From a candidate division FCPU426 bacterium (GTDB taxonomy: Bacteria; Oederibacteriota; JAAXVQ01; JAUVAV01), in assembly GCA_030637655.1 (NCBI GenBank), contig DAOWGI010000115.1, positions 1-55,201 of the forward strand: DNA of 55,201 nucleotides, given 5' to 3'. The notes beneath the pieces are model-generated. The model made no database searches. It saw only the letters and a program-made list of their open reading frames with translations, and was not told where the DNA came from. Position numbers and translations under genes: made by a program. This document shows positions 47,447 to 55,201 of this stretch, piece after piece; the stretch's first letter is position 1; every line of letters begins with the position of its first letter.

Positions 47447-48505
47447 TTATTTTGATTTTGCTCTTCTCTGTGACCTCTGTGCCTCCGTGGTGAAGCTGTT
47501 CGGCTTTATAGCCCGAAATTTCCACATTCCCACCAACACCCAGAACAAACGGAACCAGGGGATCAACACAAACTGCGCGCCCAAGACCAACACATCCGGC
47601 ATACTCACCTTCCGGCGCCGACAGACCGCGTACACAGAACCGGCCCACCCCAGCGACAACATGCCGGCGCCCACTATACCTAGCAGCCAATTAAACCATG
47701 TCAGACCCAGCGCCACGATCGGTAGTCCCAGATAGATGCCCCAATAAAACACCGGGAATTCACGGCCATCAATCCAATTCAGATACTGTTGGTATAATTT
47801 CGGATGTTTACGCCGCAAGAGGATTTCATAGGGACCATGATAGGTCTTGTGAAAATAAACATTGCGCGAGGCTGGAAAAATCGGATGAAACGCCTTGGCT
47901 TCACTGGCAAACACAATGCTGTATCCTTTTTCTAATATTGAAAAAGCCAAATCCGTATCCTCGCGCACATGCCGGATTTTTCCATCGCGCGCTTTCCAAC
48001 TAAACCGTTTATCAAAACCGCCCACTTCCTGAAAAACTTGTCTCCTGCAAAAGAGATTACAGGTCTGAAACGAATTCCCGCGTTGATTTGAAACAAAATG
48101 GGAAAAAGGCGTTGGCTGGGCAGCCCCGGGCGGCGGCAAGGTAGCTCCTTCCACCGCAGCTGTTTTCGGATCTTCAAACCGCGGTTTGGCGGCCTGCCAC
48201 CAGCCTGGATCCACCAGTACATCTGAATCTAAAAAACCCAATATTTCTCCTTGCGCAGCCTCTGCTCCGCGATTGCGGGCAGCAGAGGGTCCTTGTGGTT
48301 TTTCATTGCGTAATACCCGCAAAGGATAAGTATCCTGACGTGCTGCCAGCATCTGATCAGTTCCATCCTGCGAACCATCATCCACCACTACCACTTCCAT
48401 CTCCCCGGGCGTATGTCGAACCTTACTCAGCGTAGCCAGAATGGCAATAAGCAAATCTTTGCGATTGTGCGTGGGAATAACTACAGAAAGTTGTGGCTTA
48501 CTCAT
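47447..48505 (-). CDS. Glycosyltransferase family 2
   Basis: SVVIPTHNR, VVDDGSQD, GPSAARNRG, FLDSD, EDTDL. Confidence 0.92.
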   Translation of the reverse strand: MSKPQLSVVIPTHNRKDLLIAILATLSKVRHTPGEMEVVVVDDGSQDGTDQMLAARQDTYPLRVLRNEKPQGPSAARNRGAEAAQGEILGFLDSDVLVDPGWWQAAKPRFEDPKTAAVEGATLPPPGAAQPTPFSHFVSNQRGNSFQTCNLFCRRQVFQEVGGFDKRFSWKARDGKIRHVREDTDLAFSILEKGYSIVFASEAKAFHPIFPASRNVYFHKTYHGPYEILLRRKHPKLYQQYLNWIDGREFPVFYWGIYLGLPIVALGLTWFNWLLGIVGAGMLSLGWAGSVYAVCRRRKVSMPDVLVLGAQFVLIPWFRLFWVLVGMWKFRAIKPNSFTTEAQRSQRRAKSK

Positions 48506-49938
48506 GCTTTGGCCTCTTTAAAAATCCGGCGCAAAAGATCTATATCATCCTGTTCAATCGCGCGCAGCAGCCAAATACCCAGCACATAGACCACTGCTCC
48601 GGCTGAAATCGAAAATATGGGATTCAGCTCCCGTAAAAACCAGACCGCGCCCATCATACCACCCGTCGCGCCCAGGATACGCAGCAGCGACAGCCCTAAG
48701 GGCATGGAAAAAAGCAGCCGTTTTACCACCACACCGTAGGCAGCCAACAGAAACAACTCTGTGAGAACGGCTGACATGGCTGCGCCCAGATATCCATAGC
48801 GAGGAATCAGAAATAGATTCGAACCAATGCTTACAAGTACTGCCAGTCCTGAGACCAGGGCATTTACGGTCTGCTTGCCGCCGGAGATCAATAAATACGA
48901 GAGCGCGTAGTTAACAAAAATAAAGCAGAGCGCCACTGCCAACCACGCCAAGGCAGACCCGGCAGGTGCGTATTCCCGACCAAAGATCAAAAGCACCAGG
49001 GGTTGCGCCACAAGTATTGCTCCCCCGGCCATGGGCAAGCCCAGCAGCATGAGCAAGCGTAATAATTTAGTTGCCGCCCGGATAAGTTTGTCCCGGTTTT
49101 CTTGAAACAATTTTGATAATCCTGGAAAGGCAGCCACCACCAAAATGGCCGGTACAACCATCAGCACCTCAATGCATTTGTGCGCCGCCCCGTACCAACC
49201 CACTTCCTCGGCCGGCCGTAGTTTAGTAAGCAAGGTCATATCAATACGAAAATAAAGATTAATAAAGAGCGTGGTTAAGGTCAAGGGCAGGGCTTGGCGC
49301 AAGGCATAACGAATGAAGCTGATTTCCAATTTCCAGTGACCTGACAAAAAAGAGCCGCGCCACAGAATTCCGGTTCCAACCAACACGCTCAAACCAGCCG
49401 CAACCACATAGGCCATCGCTATGCCAAACACTCCCCAACCCAGACTCAAAGCTATCAGACCCAAGACCAGCAAGGCCGATTTTTGCAGAGTCATTACCAT
49501 TGCTTCGAATTGCATTTTTTGTTGGGCATGGAATACAGCGTTGATAAATTCCGCAAAAGAATTCAACATCACAAAACCGGCCATGGCACACGCAATGGGC
49601 AACACGTCGGCGTCAGGCGAGAGAATACGCAAACCGATAAAAAATGCCGCGCAGAATAAAACTGCCAAACCGATTTTTATCGCAAGCAAATTGCAGAATA
49701 AGTTTGCGGTCTGTTCGGGTTTTTGTGCGCTCTCACGTACCAGCAATGGATTAAGACCAAAATCCACAACCACCACAAAGAGCAGCGCAAAAGAAAAGGC
49801 AAAATTCAATACTCCGAATTGATCATCACCCACAGTGCGCGCGACCAATACAATAAAGGCAAAGGAAAGCAAACGGATCAGCACTTCTCCAATTCCCTTG
49901 AAAAATACATTTTTAGCAAATGAACGGGCAACGGTCAT
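48502..49938 (-). CDS. Polysaccharide flippase (Wzx)
   Basis: Multi-TM; DFGL, LYFRID..LL, VGWYGAA, LIPRYGYLGAA. Confidence 0.92.
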   Translation of the reverse strand: MTVARSFAKNVFFKGIGEVLIRLLSFAFIVLVARTVGDDQFGVLNFAFSFALLFVVVVDFGLNPLLVRESAQKPEQTANLFCNLLAIKIGLAVLFCAAFFIGLRILSPDADVLPIACAMAGFVMLNSFAEFINAVFHAQQKMQFEAMVMTLQKSALLVLGLIALSLGWGVFGIAMAYVVAAGLSVLVGTGILWRGSFLSGHWKLEISFIRYALRQALPLTLTTLFINLYFRIDMTLLTKLRPAEEVGWYGAAHKCIEVLMVVPAILVVAAFPGLSKLFQENRDKLIRAATKLLRLLMLLGLPMAGGAILVAQPLVLLIFGREYAPAGSALAWLAVALCFIFVNYALSYLLISGGKQTVNALVSGLAVLVSIGSNLFLIPRYGYLGAAMSAVLTELFLLAAYGVVVKRLLFSMPLGLSLLRILGATGGMMGAVWFLRELNPIFSISAGAVVYVLGIWLLRAIEQDDIDLLRRIFKEAKA

Positions 49939-50690
49939 AAATAAGTTATTCTTCCTGAGCAGAAAGCGTTTTTTTTACGATGGCGCCAACGCACGCGAAA
50001 AAGATCCAGGAACATCTGGATAGAATGACGTAGGGGTGAGACTTTGGAATCCAACACATTGTGCCAGGAAACCGGAACTTCCTGAATTCCGGCGCCCGCG
50101 CGTTTAGCCAGATAGAGTATTTCCACATCAAATCCAAAACCCGGTATAGTTAAAGCCCGAAATACTTTCCTGGCAATGTCTCTTTTGAACATTTTAAAAC
50201 CGCATTGTGTGTCCTGAAACCCGGGCAGCACAATACTCTGCACCAACAGATTAAAGGTTTTTCCCATCCATTCCCGGTAAAACGGCTGGTGATCTGAAAT
50301 ATCCGAGCCTGTGAGCGCCCGGGAAGCGATCACCACATCCGCGCCGTCCATCATGACTTTTTCCAGTTTGACGATTTCTTCAATGGGCGTGGACATGTCC
50401 GCGTCTGAAAACAGAACCCACTCTCCCAGAGCCGCGGCCACACCCCGGCGCACAGCTGCTCCTTTGCCCCGGTTCTTTTTATTATGCAACACTCTAATTG
50501 GCAGCTGATTTTGATTAAAGGATTTGGCAATAGCAACGGTCTGATCCGTACTGCCGTCACTGACCACAATAATTTCACTTTTGTCCTGTCGTTGACGCAG
50601 ATAGGCAGTTACGGTTTCCAAAGTTTTGGACAGGCGCTTTTCTTCGTTGTACGCCGGCAAGACTACTGATAATTGAATGTTTTCTCTCAC
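49935..50690 (-). CDS. Polyprenyl-phosphate glycosyltransferase (GT2, dolichyl-phosphate beta-glucosyltransferase-like)
   Basis: PAYNEEKRL, NRGKGAAV, DADMSTP, DTQCGFK, FDVEIL. Confidence 0.92.
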   Translation of the reverse strand: MRENIQLSVVLPAYNEEKRLSKTLETVTAYLRQRQDKSEIIVVSDGSTDQTVAIAKSFNQNQLPIRVLHNKKNRGKGAAVRRGVAAALGEWVLFSDADMSTPIEEIVKLEKVMMDGADVVIASRALTGSDISDHQPFYREWMGKTFNLLVQSIVLPGFQDTQCGFKMFKRDIARKVFRALTIPGFGFDVEILYLAKRAGAGIQEVPVSWHNVLDSKVSPLRHSIQMFLDLFRVRWRHRKKNAFCSGRITYL

Positions 50691-50716
50691 AGTATCCTCA
50701 TTAGCATATTAATCGG

Positions 50717-50815
50717 CCTAACCCGGACAAGCCGAAACCAAAAATATTTGACAAAATTAACCGGATATACGGGATTTTAAATAAATCCTACCAATCCTGT
50801 TATCCTGTCAAAAGA
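50717..50815. repeat. CCTAACCCGGACAAGCCG repeat plus short ATCCT(G/A) repeats
   Basis: Related to taatccggataaaccggaac (about 26196) and to the reverse complement at about 7252-7271. Confidence 0.6.
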
Positions 50816-50874
50816 AATTCTTTGCGCTCTTTACAGCGAATAATTTTCTGCCATAAAAAGCACGAATTTAAGAA

Positions 50875-52188
50875 CTAAGTGTTCTTGTGCCGCATATATA
50901 CCAAGCCGAGTCCCAGACCCAGCAATAAACCAAAATGAATGCCCCGGGCATAAATGGTCAACACATCAAACAGATTGGCCAGCAAAAAACCGGCAACACC
51001 GGCCAGTATGGCTTCCAACCAGGGTCCGGTTTCCGGTTCCCAATGTTGCCCTATTGTTTTTACCATATTTCCCAGGCTCATGGCCAAAAGAAAAAGAAAT
51101 CCCAGCAAACCCAGCAACCCGGTCTCAATCAAAAGTTGCAAAAACAAATTATGAATATGCTTATTCATGGCCTCCCAAGCATAATAGTCTTGGGAAAAAT
51201 ATTTGGTAATGTGTTGATCATAATTGCCCGCGCCAAAACCGGTAAGCGGATTGTTACTGAACATGGCAAACGCGGTTTTCGCGCAAACCATACGAAAGTT
51301 CACCGAATCTTCCTGCTGTGGCTGAAATATGGAAATCGCACGCTGATAGAGCCGATGTCCTGGATTTTCCGGTTGTGCTGCAATGGCAATGAAAATTCCG
51401 CCCAGTACGATCAGCCCGACGCAACAGAGCGCGGATATTTTTTTTGGTACTTTGAAATACAACCATACACCGCCAACCAGGGTTGTTGCCAACCACAGAC
51501 TCCGGGTATAAGTGAATACCATGGCCAGAGCCATCAGCGCGACAGCAGCGACTGCTCCGGCTTTTAGCCATTTATGTTTGGCCTGAAAAAACCCAACCAC
51601 AGCCATTGGCAGGACACAGAGCAAATAACCGCCAAATTGATTGGAGTGCCCAAAGGTGCTGTTCACACGGACTACATCACCGCCATATAGCAAGAGCTGG
51701 CCGGAATGGATATTTAATACCAAACTTTTGATCAACCCATACAAACTAGCTAAGGCTGCGACTGTGATCAACACACTAATAATTCTTTTAAATTCTATTT
51801 TATTCTGAAAAGCATTGGCAGCAAACCAAAATATCAGGATTAGCTGCAACCAACGCAGCAATTGTTTGGCGCCCGCGCTCCAGGCCTGGGAGAACAGCAC
51901 TGATATCGCAATAGCCAGCACAAACGGCATACTCCAAAGTAGAATATTCCAATGCCGTGTTTTCCAGGTTTTCTCTTTCCACCACAAATATCCACTACCC
52001 AGCAGCAATCCGGCCAAGGCCAATTCATTAGTATAGGCTGTAATCCCGATTTCTACCGGGAAATCCAGAGGCAGTGTCACACCTAAAAGACATAATCCCA
52101 AGAAAGGCCGAAAGGCTGTCAGCGCCGCAAAGGCCAGCACCAAACCCAACGCCAAAACAATCAGCATGCTAATAAGCGCCCTTCCCAA
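50875..52188 (-). CDS. O-antigen ligase/Wzy family protein (start possibly ATG 52167)
   Basis: RVNSTFGHSNQFGGYL, TYTRS, GFGAGNY, HIHNLFLQLLIETG. Confidence 0.9.
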   Translation of the reverse strand: MGRALISMLIVLALGLVLAFAALTAFRPFLGLCLLGVTLPLDFPVEIGITAYTNELALAGLLLGSGYLWWKEKTWKTRHWNILLWSMPFVLAIAISVLFSQAWSAGAKQLLRWLQLILIFWFAANAFQNKIEFKRIISVLITVAALASLYGLIKSLVLNIHSGQLLLYGGDVVRVNSTFGHSNQFGGYLLCVLPMAVVGFFQAKHKWLKAGAVAAVALMALAMVFTYTRSLWLATTLVGGVWLYFKVPKKISALCCVGLIVLGGIFIAIAAQPENPGHRLYQRAISIFQPQQEDSVNFRMVCAKTAFAMFSNNPLTGFGAGNYDQHITKYFSQDYYAWEAMNKHIHNLFLQLLIETGLLGLLGFLFLLAMSLGNMVKTIGQHWEPETGPWLEAILAGVAGFLLANLFDVLTIYARGIHFGLLLGLGLGLVYMRHKNT

Positions 52189-53545
52189 ACAAGACAGCCG
52201 GCAGAGTTCTCAGAAGAATGACAAAATCAAGCAGTAATGTCTGATTTTTAATGTAGTATAAATCGTACTTGATGTTTTCTTCCAGGGGTTTTTCGGTCCG
52301 GCCGGAGACTTGCCAAAGTCCGGTAATTCCCGGCAGCACCAGAAAACGATAGCGGTAAATGGGTTTGTACTTATCAACCATAAAAGGCATCTCAGGACGC
52401 GGACCCACCAAGCTCATGTCCCCTTTTATCACATTAATTAATTGCGGTAATTCATCCAGGCTGGCGCGGCGTAAAAATCCGCCGCAGCGGGTAATACGCG
52501 GATCTTTCTGCTTTTTAGGTGTCTTGGCATATGTGGGAGTGTGCGTATACATGGAGCGAAATTTATACATTAAAAATTTCCGGCCCTGATAGCCCACGCG
52601 TTCCTGCCGGAAAAAGACAGGACCTTGGGAATCCAATTTAATCATGATTATAATCAGCAACCAGAGCGGTAAAGTCAGCAGCATGAATGAAATAGCGATA
52701 AGCTCGTCAAAGAAACGTTTCAAAGCTTTGCTGCCGCCGCTGATCCGGCCTTCATCCAGACTGCTGATCAGACCTTCCAATCCCTCGGTGGTCGTGGTTT
52801 TAAAACCCACCAGATCAAAAGCTTCATTCACATTACGGTGCGGGATCGCATACTCATTGAAAATTTCATTCACTTCCAGAATATGCTGATAATTTTTTAC
52901 CGTGTCCGACACAATCACCAGTTCGATTTCCTGCTTCTGATAGCGGGATAATATTTCATGGTCCACCAGCTGCCGGAAATTTTTCGCGCGCGTTGAACTC
53001 CCTTTAGGTAACGCCACGGACACAGCCACATGATATCCCAGCTGGGCGTATTGTTTTAAAAGCTGCCGGACTGCTTTAATATTCTTTTCCGATCCCACCA
53101 CTGCTACATTGATCTGATTCCAGCCCCGGGCACGTAAATGTTTCATCACCTGATAATAGAAAAAACGAACCACGATGGACGCTACCACAGCGGATAGCCA
53201 AAACAAAACTACCAGGACACGGGATTTTTCATAAAATTTCATAAAAAAAGTGATGCCCAAAGCAATGATAAAGGCATAGGTTAAAGATTTGATTATTTTG
53301 GTGTATTCTTCCAGCATGGACAAATCACGCACATCGCGATACAACCCTTGCTGCATAAAAATCAGAATACTAATACCAAGCAAGACCAGAATCGGTCCAA
53401 AATACTCAAGCATGGGCTGAATCTGAATAAAAAAAGTCAGCTGGACTCGAATTTGATACGAGATCAGAAACGCAATTCCCAGCGTGACGATATCCAGGAC
53501 CAAAAGTAGTATGCTCTGCATTAATTTATTGCGTCGAAAAGACAC
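52169..53545 (-). CDS. Priming sugar phosphotransferase (WcaJ/WbaP family)
   Basis: [35 protein letters not shown]. Confidence 0.93.
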   Translation of the reverse strand: MSFRRNKLMQSILLLVLDIVTLGIAFLISYQIRVQLTFFIQIQPMLEYFGPILVLLGISILIFMQQGLYRDVRDLSMLEEYTKIIKSLTYAFIIALGITFFMKFYEKSRVLVVLFWLSAVVASIVVRFFYYQVMKHLRARGWNQINVAVVGSEKNIKAVRQLLKQYAQLGYHVAVSVALPKGSSTRAKNFRQLVDHEILSRYQKQEIELVIVSDTVKNYQHILEVNEIFNEYAIPHRNVNEAFDLVGFKTTTTEGLEGLISSLDEGRISGGSKALKRFFDELIAISFMLLTLPLWLLIIIMIKLDSQGPVFFRQERVGYQGRKFLMYKFRSMYTHTPTYAKTPKKQKDPRITRCGGFLRRASLDELPQLINVIKGDMSLVGPRPEMPFMVDKYKPIYRYRFLVLPGITGLWQVSGRTEKPLEENIKYDLYYIKNQTLLLDFVILLRTLPAVLFGKGAY

Positions 53546-53655
53546 TGTATTCTCCTTAAAAAACGCTAAAAAATCAAAACCCTATTTATCCTGCTCTTTA
53601 TATTAAAACAATTCGTTTCGTAGAACCAGTAGATTCATAGATTTTTACCAGGATT

Positions 53656-54825
53656 TTACGCTTGAAGTATTTTTAAATAGAATTGTTCCAGCCGTTGGGC
53701 TAAAAATTCCCAGGAATAGCGTTTAACTGCTGCCTGGCGGGCAGCCTGCCCCAGACGTTCACAGGACTGCGGATCTGACAGCAGTTCTTCAACTACCTGG
53801 GCAAATGCTTCCGGTTGCTCAGGAGCCAGGCGTCCAATCTGCTCAGTGGCAAATAGGGATTCCATCTCACCCACCGGCGAGCTCACAATAGGCCGGCCCA
53901 TGGCCATATAATCCCCGACTTTGTTGGGCCAGCGGCCGAGGTTGGCTTGTTTGCGCGCAAAGGGGAGTAAAAATACATCCGCGCAGCACATATATTCAGG
54001 TATCTTGTCATATGGCACTATACCGTATTCCAGCAAACCGGCTTCTGCCCCGTGTTGCCGCGCAATACGTTTGGCCATAGGAGCAGGTTTGCCTACCAGG
54101 ATCAATTTCACTTTCGGATCTTGCTGATGGAGTTGGCAGAATACTTGCAGCGCCAAATCCAAATCATAATGCACAAAACCCATAAATCCCAAAATTTTAG
54201 CATCCTGAGATATTCCCAAGGCCGCTCTCGCTTTTTGCTTATCCTGGGGTTTGAAATTCTCTACATCCGCGCCGCCGGTTATTTTAATAATCGTCTCTGG
54301 TTTCACGCCTAAACCAATGGCTCGTTCCTGCAAGGCACTGGAAATCACAGTGGTCCCCAAGGCCTGCGTGCGAAAATGCTCCTCATACCAGGTCTCGATC
54401 CCGCCAACAAAGAGTTTGATCAGCTTATTGGAGCGTTCTTCAATCACACCGCCGCGTCCCCACCAATCCGCCCAATCCATAACCAGGGGAATACCTTTTT
54501 TCCGCACGGCCAGGGCCGGATGAATCACAACCGGCCGCGAATCAAAAGCATGCACTAGATCATAAATTTCCTTGCGAACGCGGCGCAAACGATACCATAC
54601 ATCCCAAATATCCCAGCCGGACCTGCCCATGCCCCAAAAAAGATCCGGGAACTGGACCACGCGCACACCCTCAAGCTCAATCTCCTCAATACCAAAACGA
54701 TGTTTAGGATGAATGGTATACAGGGTAACCTCATGACCCTGACGCACTAAATAGCGGCCCAGATGAAAACAGCGGTAAAAGGTAGACCGCCAAATCTCAT
54801 TATGGTTCAAAAATAGAATGCGCAA
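53656..54825 (-). CDS. Glycosyltransferase family 4
   Basis: [21 protein letters not shown]. Confidence 0.88.
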   Translation of the reverse strand: MRILFLNHNEIWRSTFYRCFHLGRYLVRQGHEVTLYTIHPKHRFGIEEIELEGVRVVQFPDLFWGMGRSGWDIWDVWYRLRRVRKEIYDLVHAFDSRPVVIHPALAVRKKGIPLVMDWADWWGRGGVIEERSNKLIKLFVGGIETWYEEHFRTQALGTTVISSALQERAIGLGVKPETIIKITGGADVENFKPQDKQKARAALGISQDAKILGFMGFVHYDLDLALQVFCQLHQQDPKVKLILVGKPAPMAKRIARQHGAEAGLLEYGIVPYDKIPEYMCCADVFLLPFARKQANLGRWPNKVGDYMAMGRPIVSSPVGEMESLFATEQIGRLAPEQPEAFAQVVEELLSDPQSCERLGQAARQAAVKRYSWEFLAQRLEQFYLKILQA

Positions 54826-54844
54826 GCACTTATCCTTTCTCTGC

Positions 54845-55201
54845 TTACATGTTTTTTACATGCTCAAAAACAATACTCATCTCATGGGCGGCATTGTCCC
54901 AGGTATACTTTTTTATATGCTCTTGGGATTTTTCAGCCAGAGTGTTTCGCAGGCTCTCATTTTCCAGCAACTTCTGCATATTTTCAGCAATGTCATACAC
55001 ATCCCAAGGATCGCAATACTGGACAGCCTCACCGCAGACCTCAGGCAGACTGGTCACCTTGGAAACCAAGACCGGAGCACCGCAAGCCATGGCCTCCAAG
55101 GGCGGCAGACCAAATCCCTCATACAAAGACGGATACGCGAACAAGGTAGCAGCATTATAAATGAGTGCCAATTCAATCACATTTAAATATCCCAGGAAAA
55201 T
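54845..55201 (-). CDS. Glycosyltransferase family 4, C-terminal part (gene starts beyond the window)
   Basis: [19 protein letters not shown]. Confidence 0.9.
   Translation of the reverse strand: MFLGYLNVIELALIYNAATLFAYPSLYEGFGLPPLEAMACGAPVLVSKVTSLPEVCGEAVQYCDPWDVYDIAENMQKLLENESLRNTLAEKSQEHIKKYTWDNAAHEMSIVFEHVKNM

Noticed and set aside
47094-47735. 213-aa plus-strand ORF
   Set aside because: Antisense to two real genes and spans a REP array; the other long antisense ORFs in the track were dismissed for the same reason.

Overview
55.2 kb of a diderm bacterial chromosome, with almost all genes on the minus strand. Left to right: (1) a Wzx/Wzy-type EPS locus (partial flippase, Wzc-like co-polymerase with a degenerate kinase domain, short Wza/OPX, WcaJ-type priming transferase, OM beta-barrel); (2) hflX, a secreted 9xFN3 protein, a HAMP protein, a pilin-like protein and SuhB; (3) a hisDCBHAFI-trpEG operon followed by an FN3/beta-barrel gene; (4) an orphan Hcp-like gene, panE, an NDP-sugar pyrophosphorylase and an epimerase; (5) a large surface-glycan/LPS cluster (two more priming transferases, GT4/GT9/GT2/GT39, flippase, two Wzy/WaaL-type proteins, one fused to a SAM methyltransferase). 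Two defence-type islands are embedded at 26.1-30.6 kb and 39.5-43.3 kb. Each holds a few intact genes (TIGR02391/HEPN, PLD nuclease with an unassigned C-terminal domain, RhuM-Fic, DUF3800, SNase) joined by short fossils of deleted genes, none of which is labelled in the ORF track: HsdR::HsdS and DUF262::HsdS fusion scars, Schlafen, Abi_C, IS91, RAYT-like and group II intron remnants. Intergenic DNA is rich in GTAG-REP hairpins and carries five copies of a MITE (8-bp TSDs) with nested cargo. In two equal-length copies a 156-bp core bounded by perfect 33-bp inverted repeats lies in opposite orientation relative to the outer arms. No rRNA, tRNA or CRISPR array was seen. Family assignments come from motif recognition by eye, not database searches.
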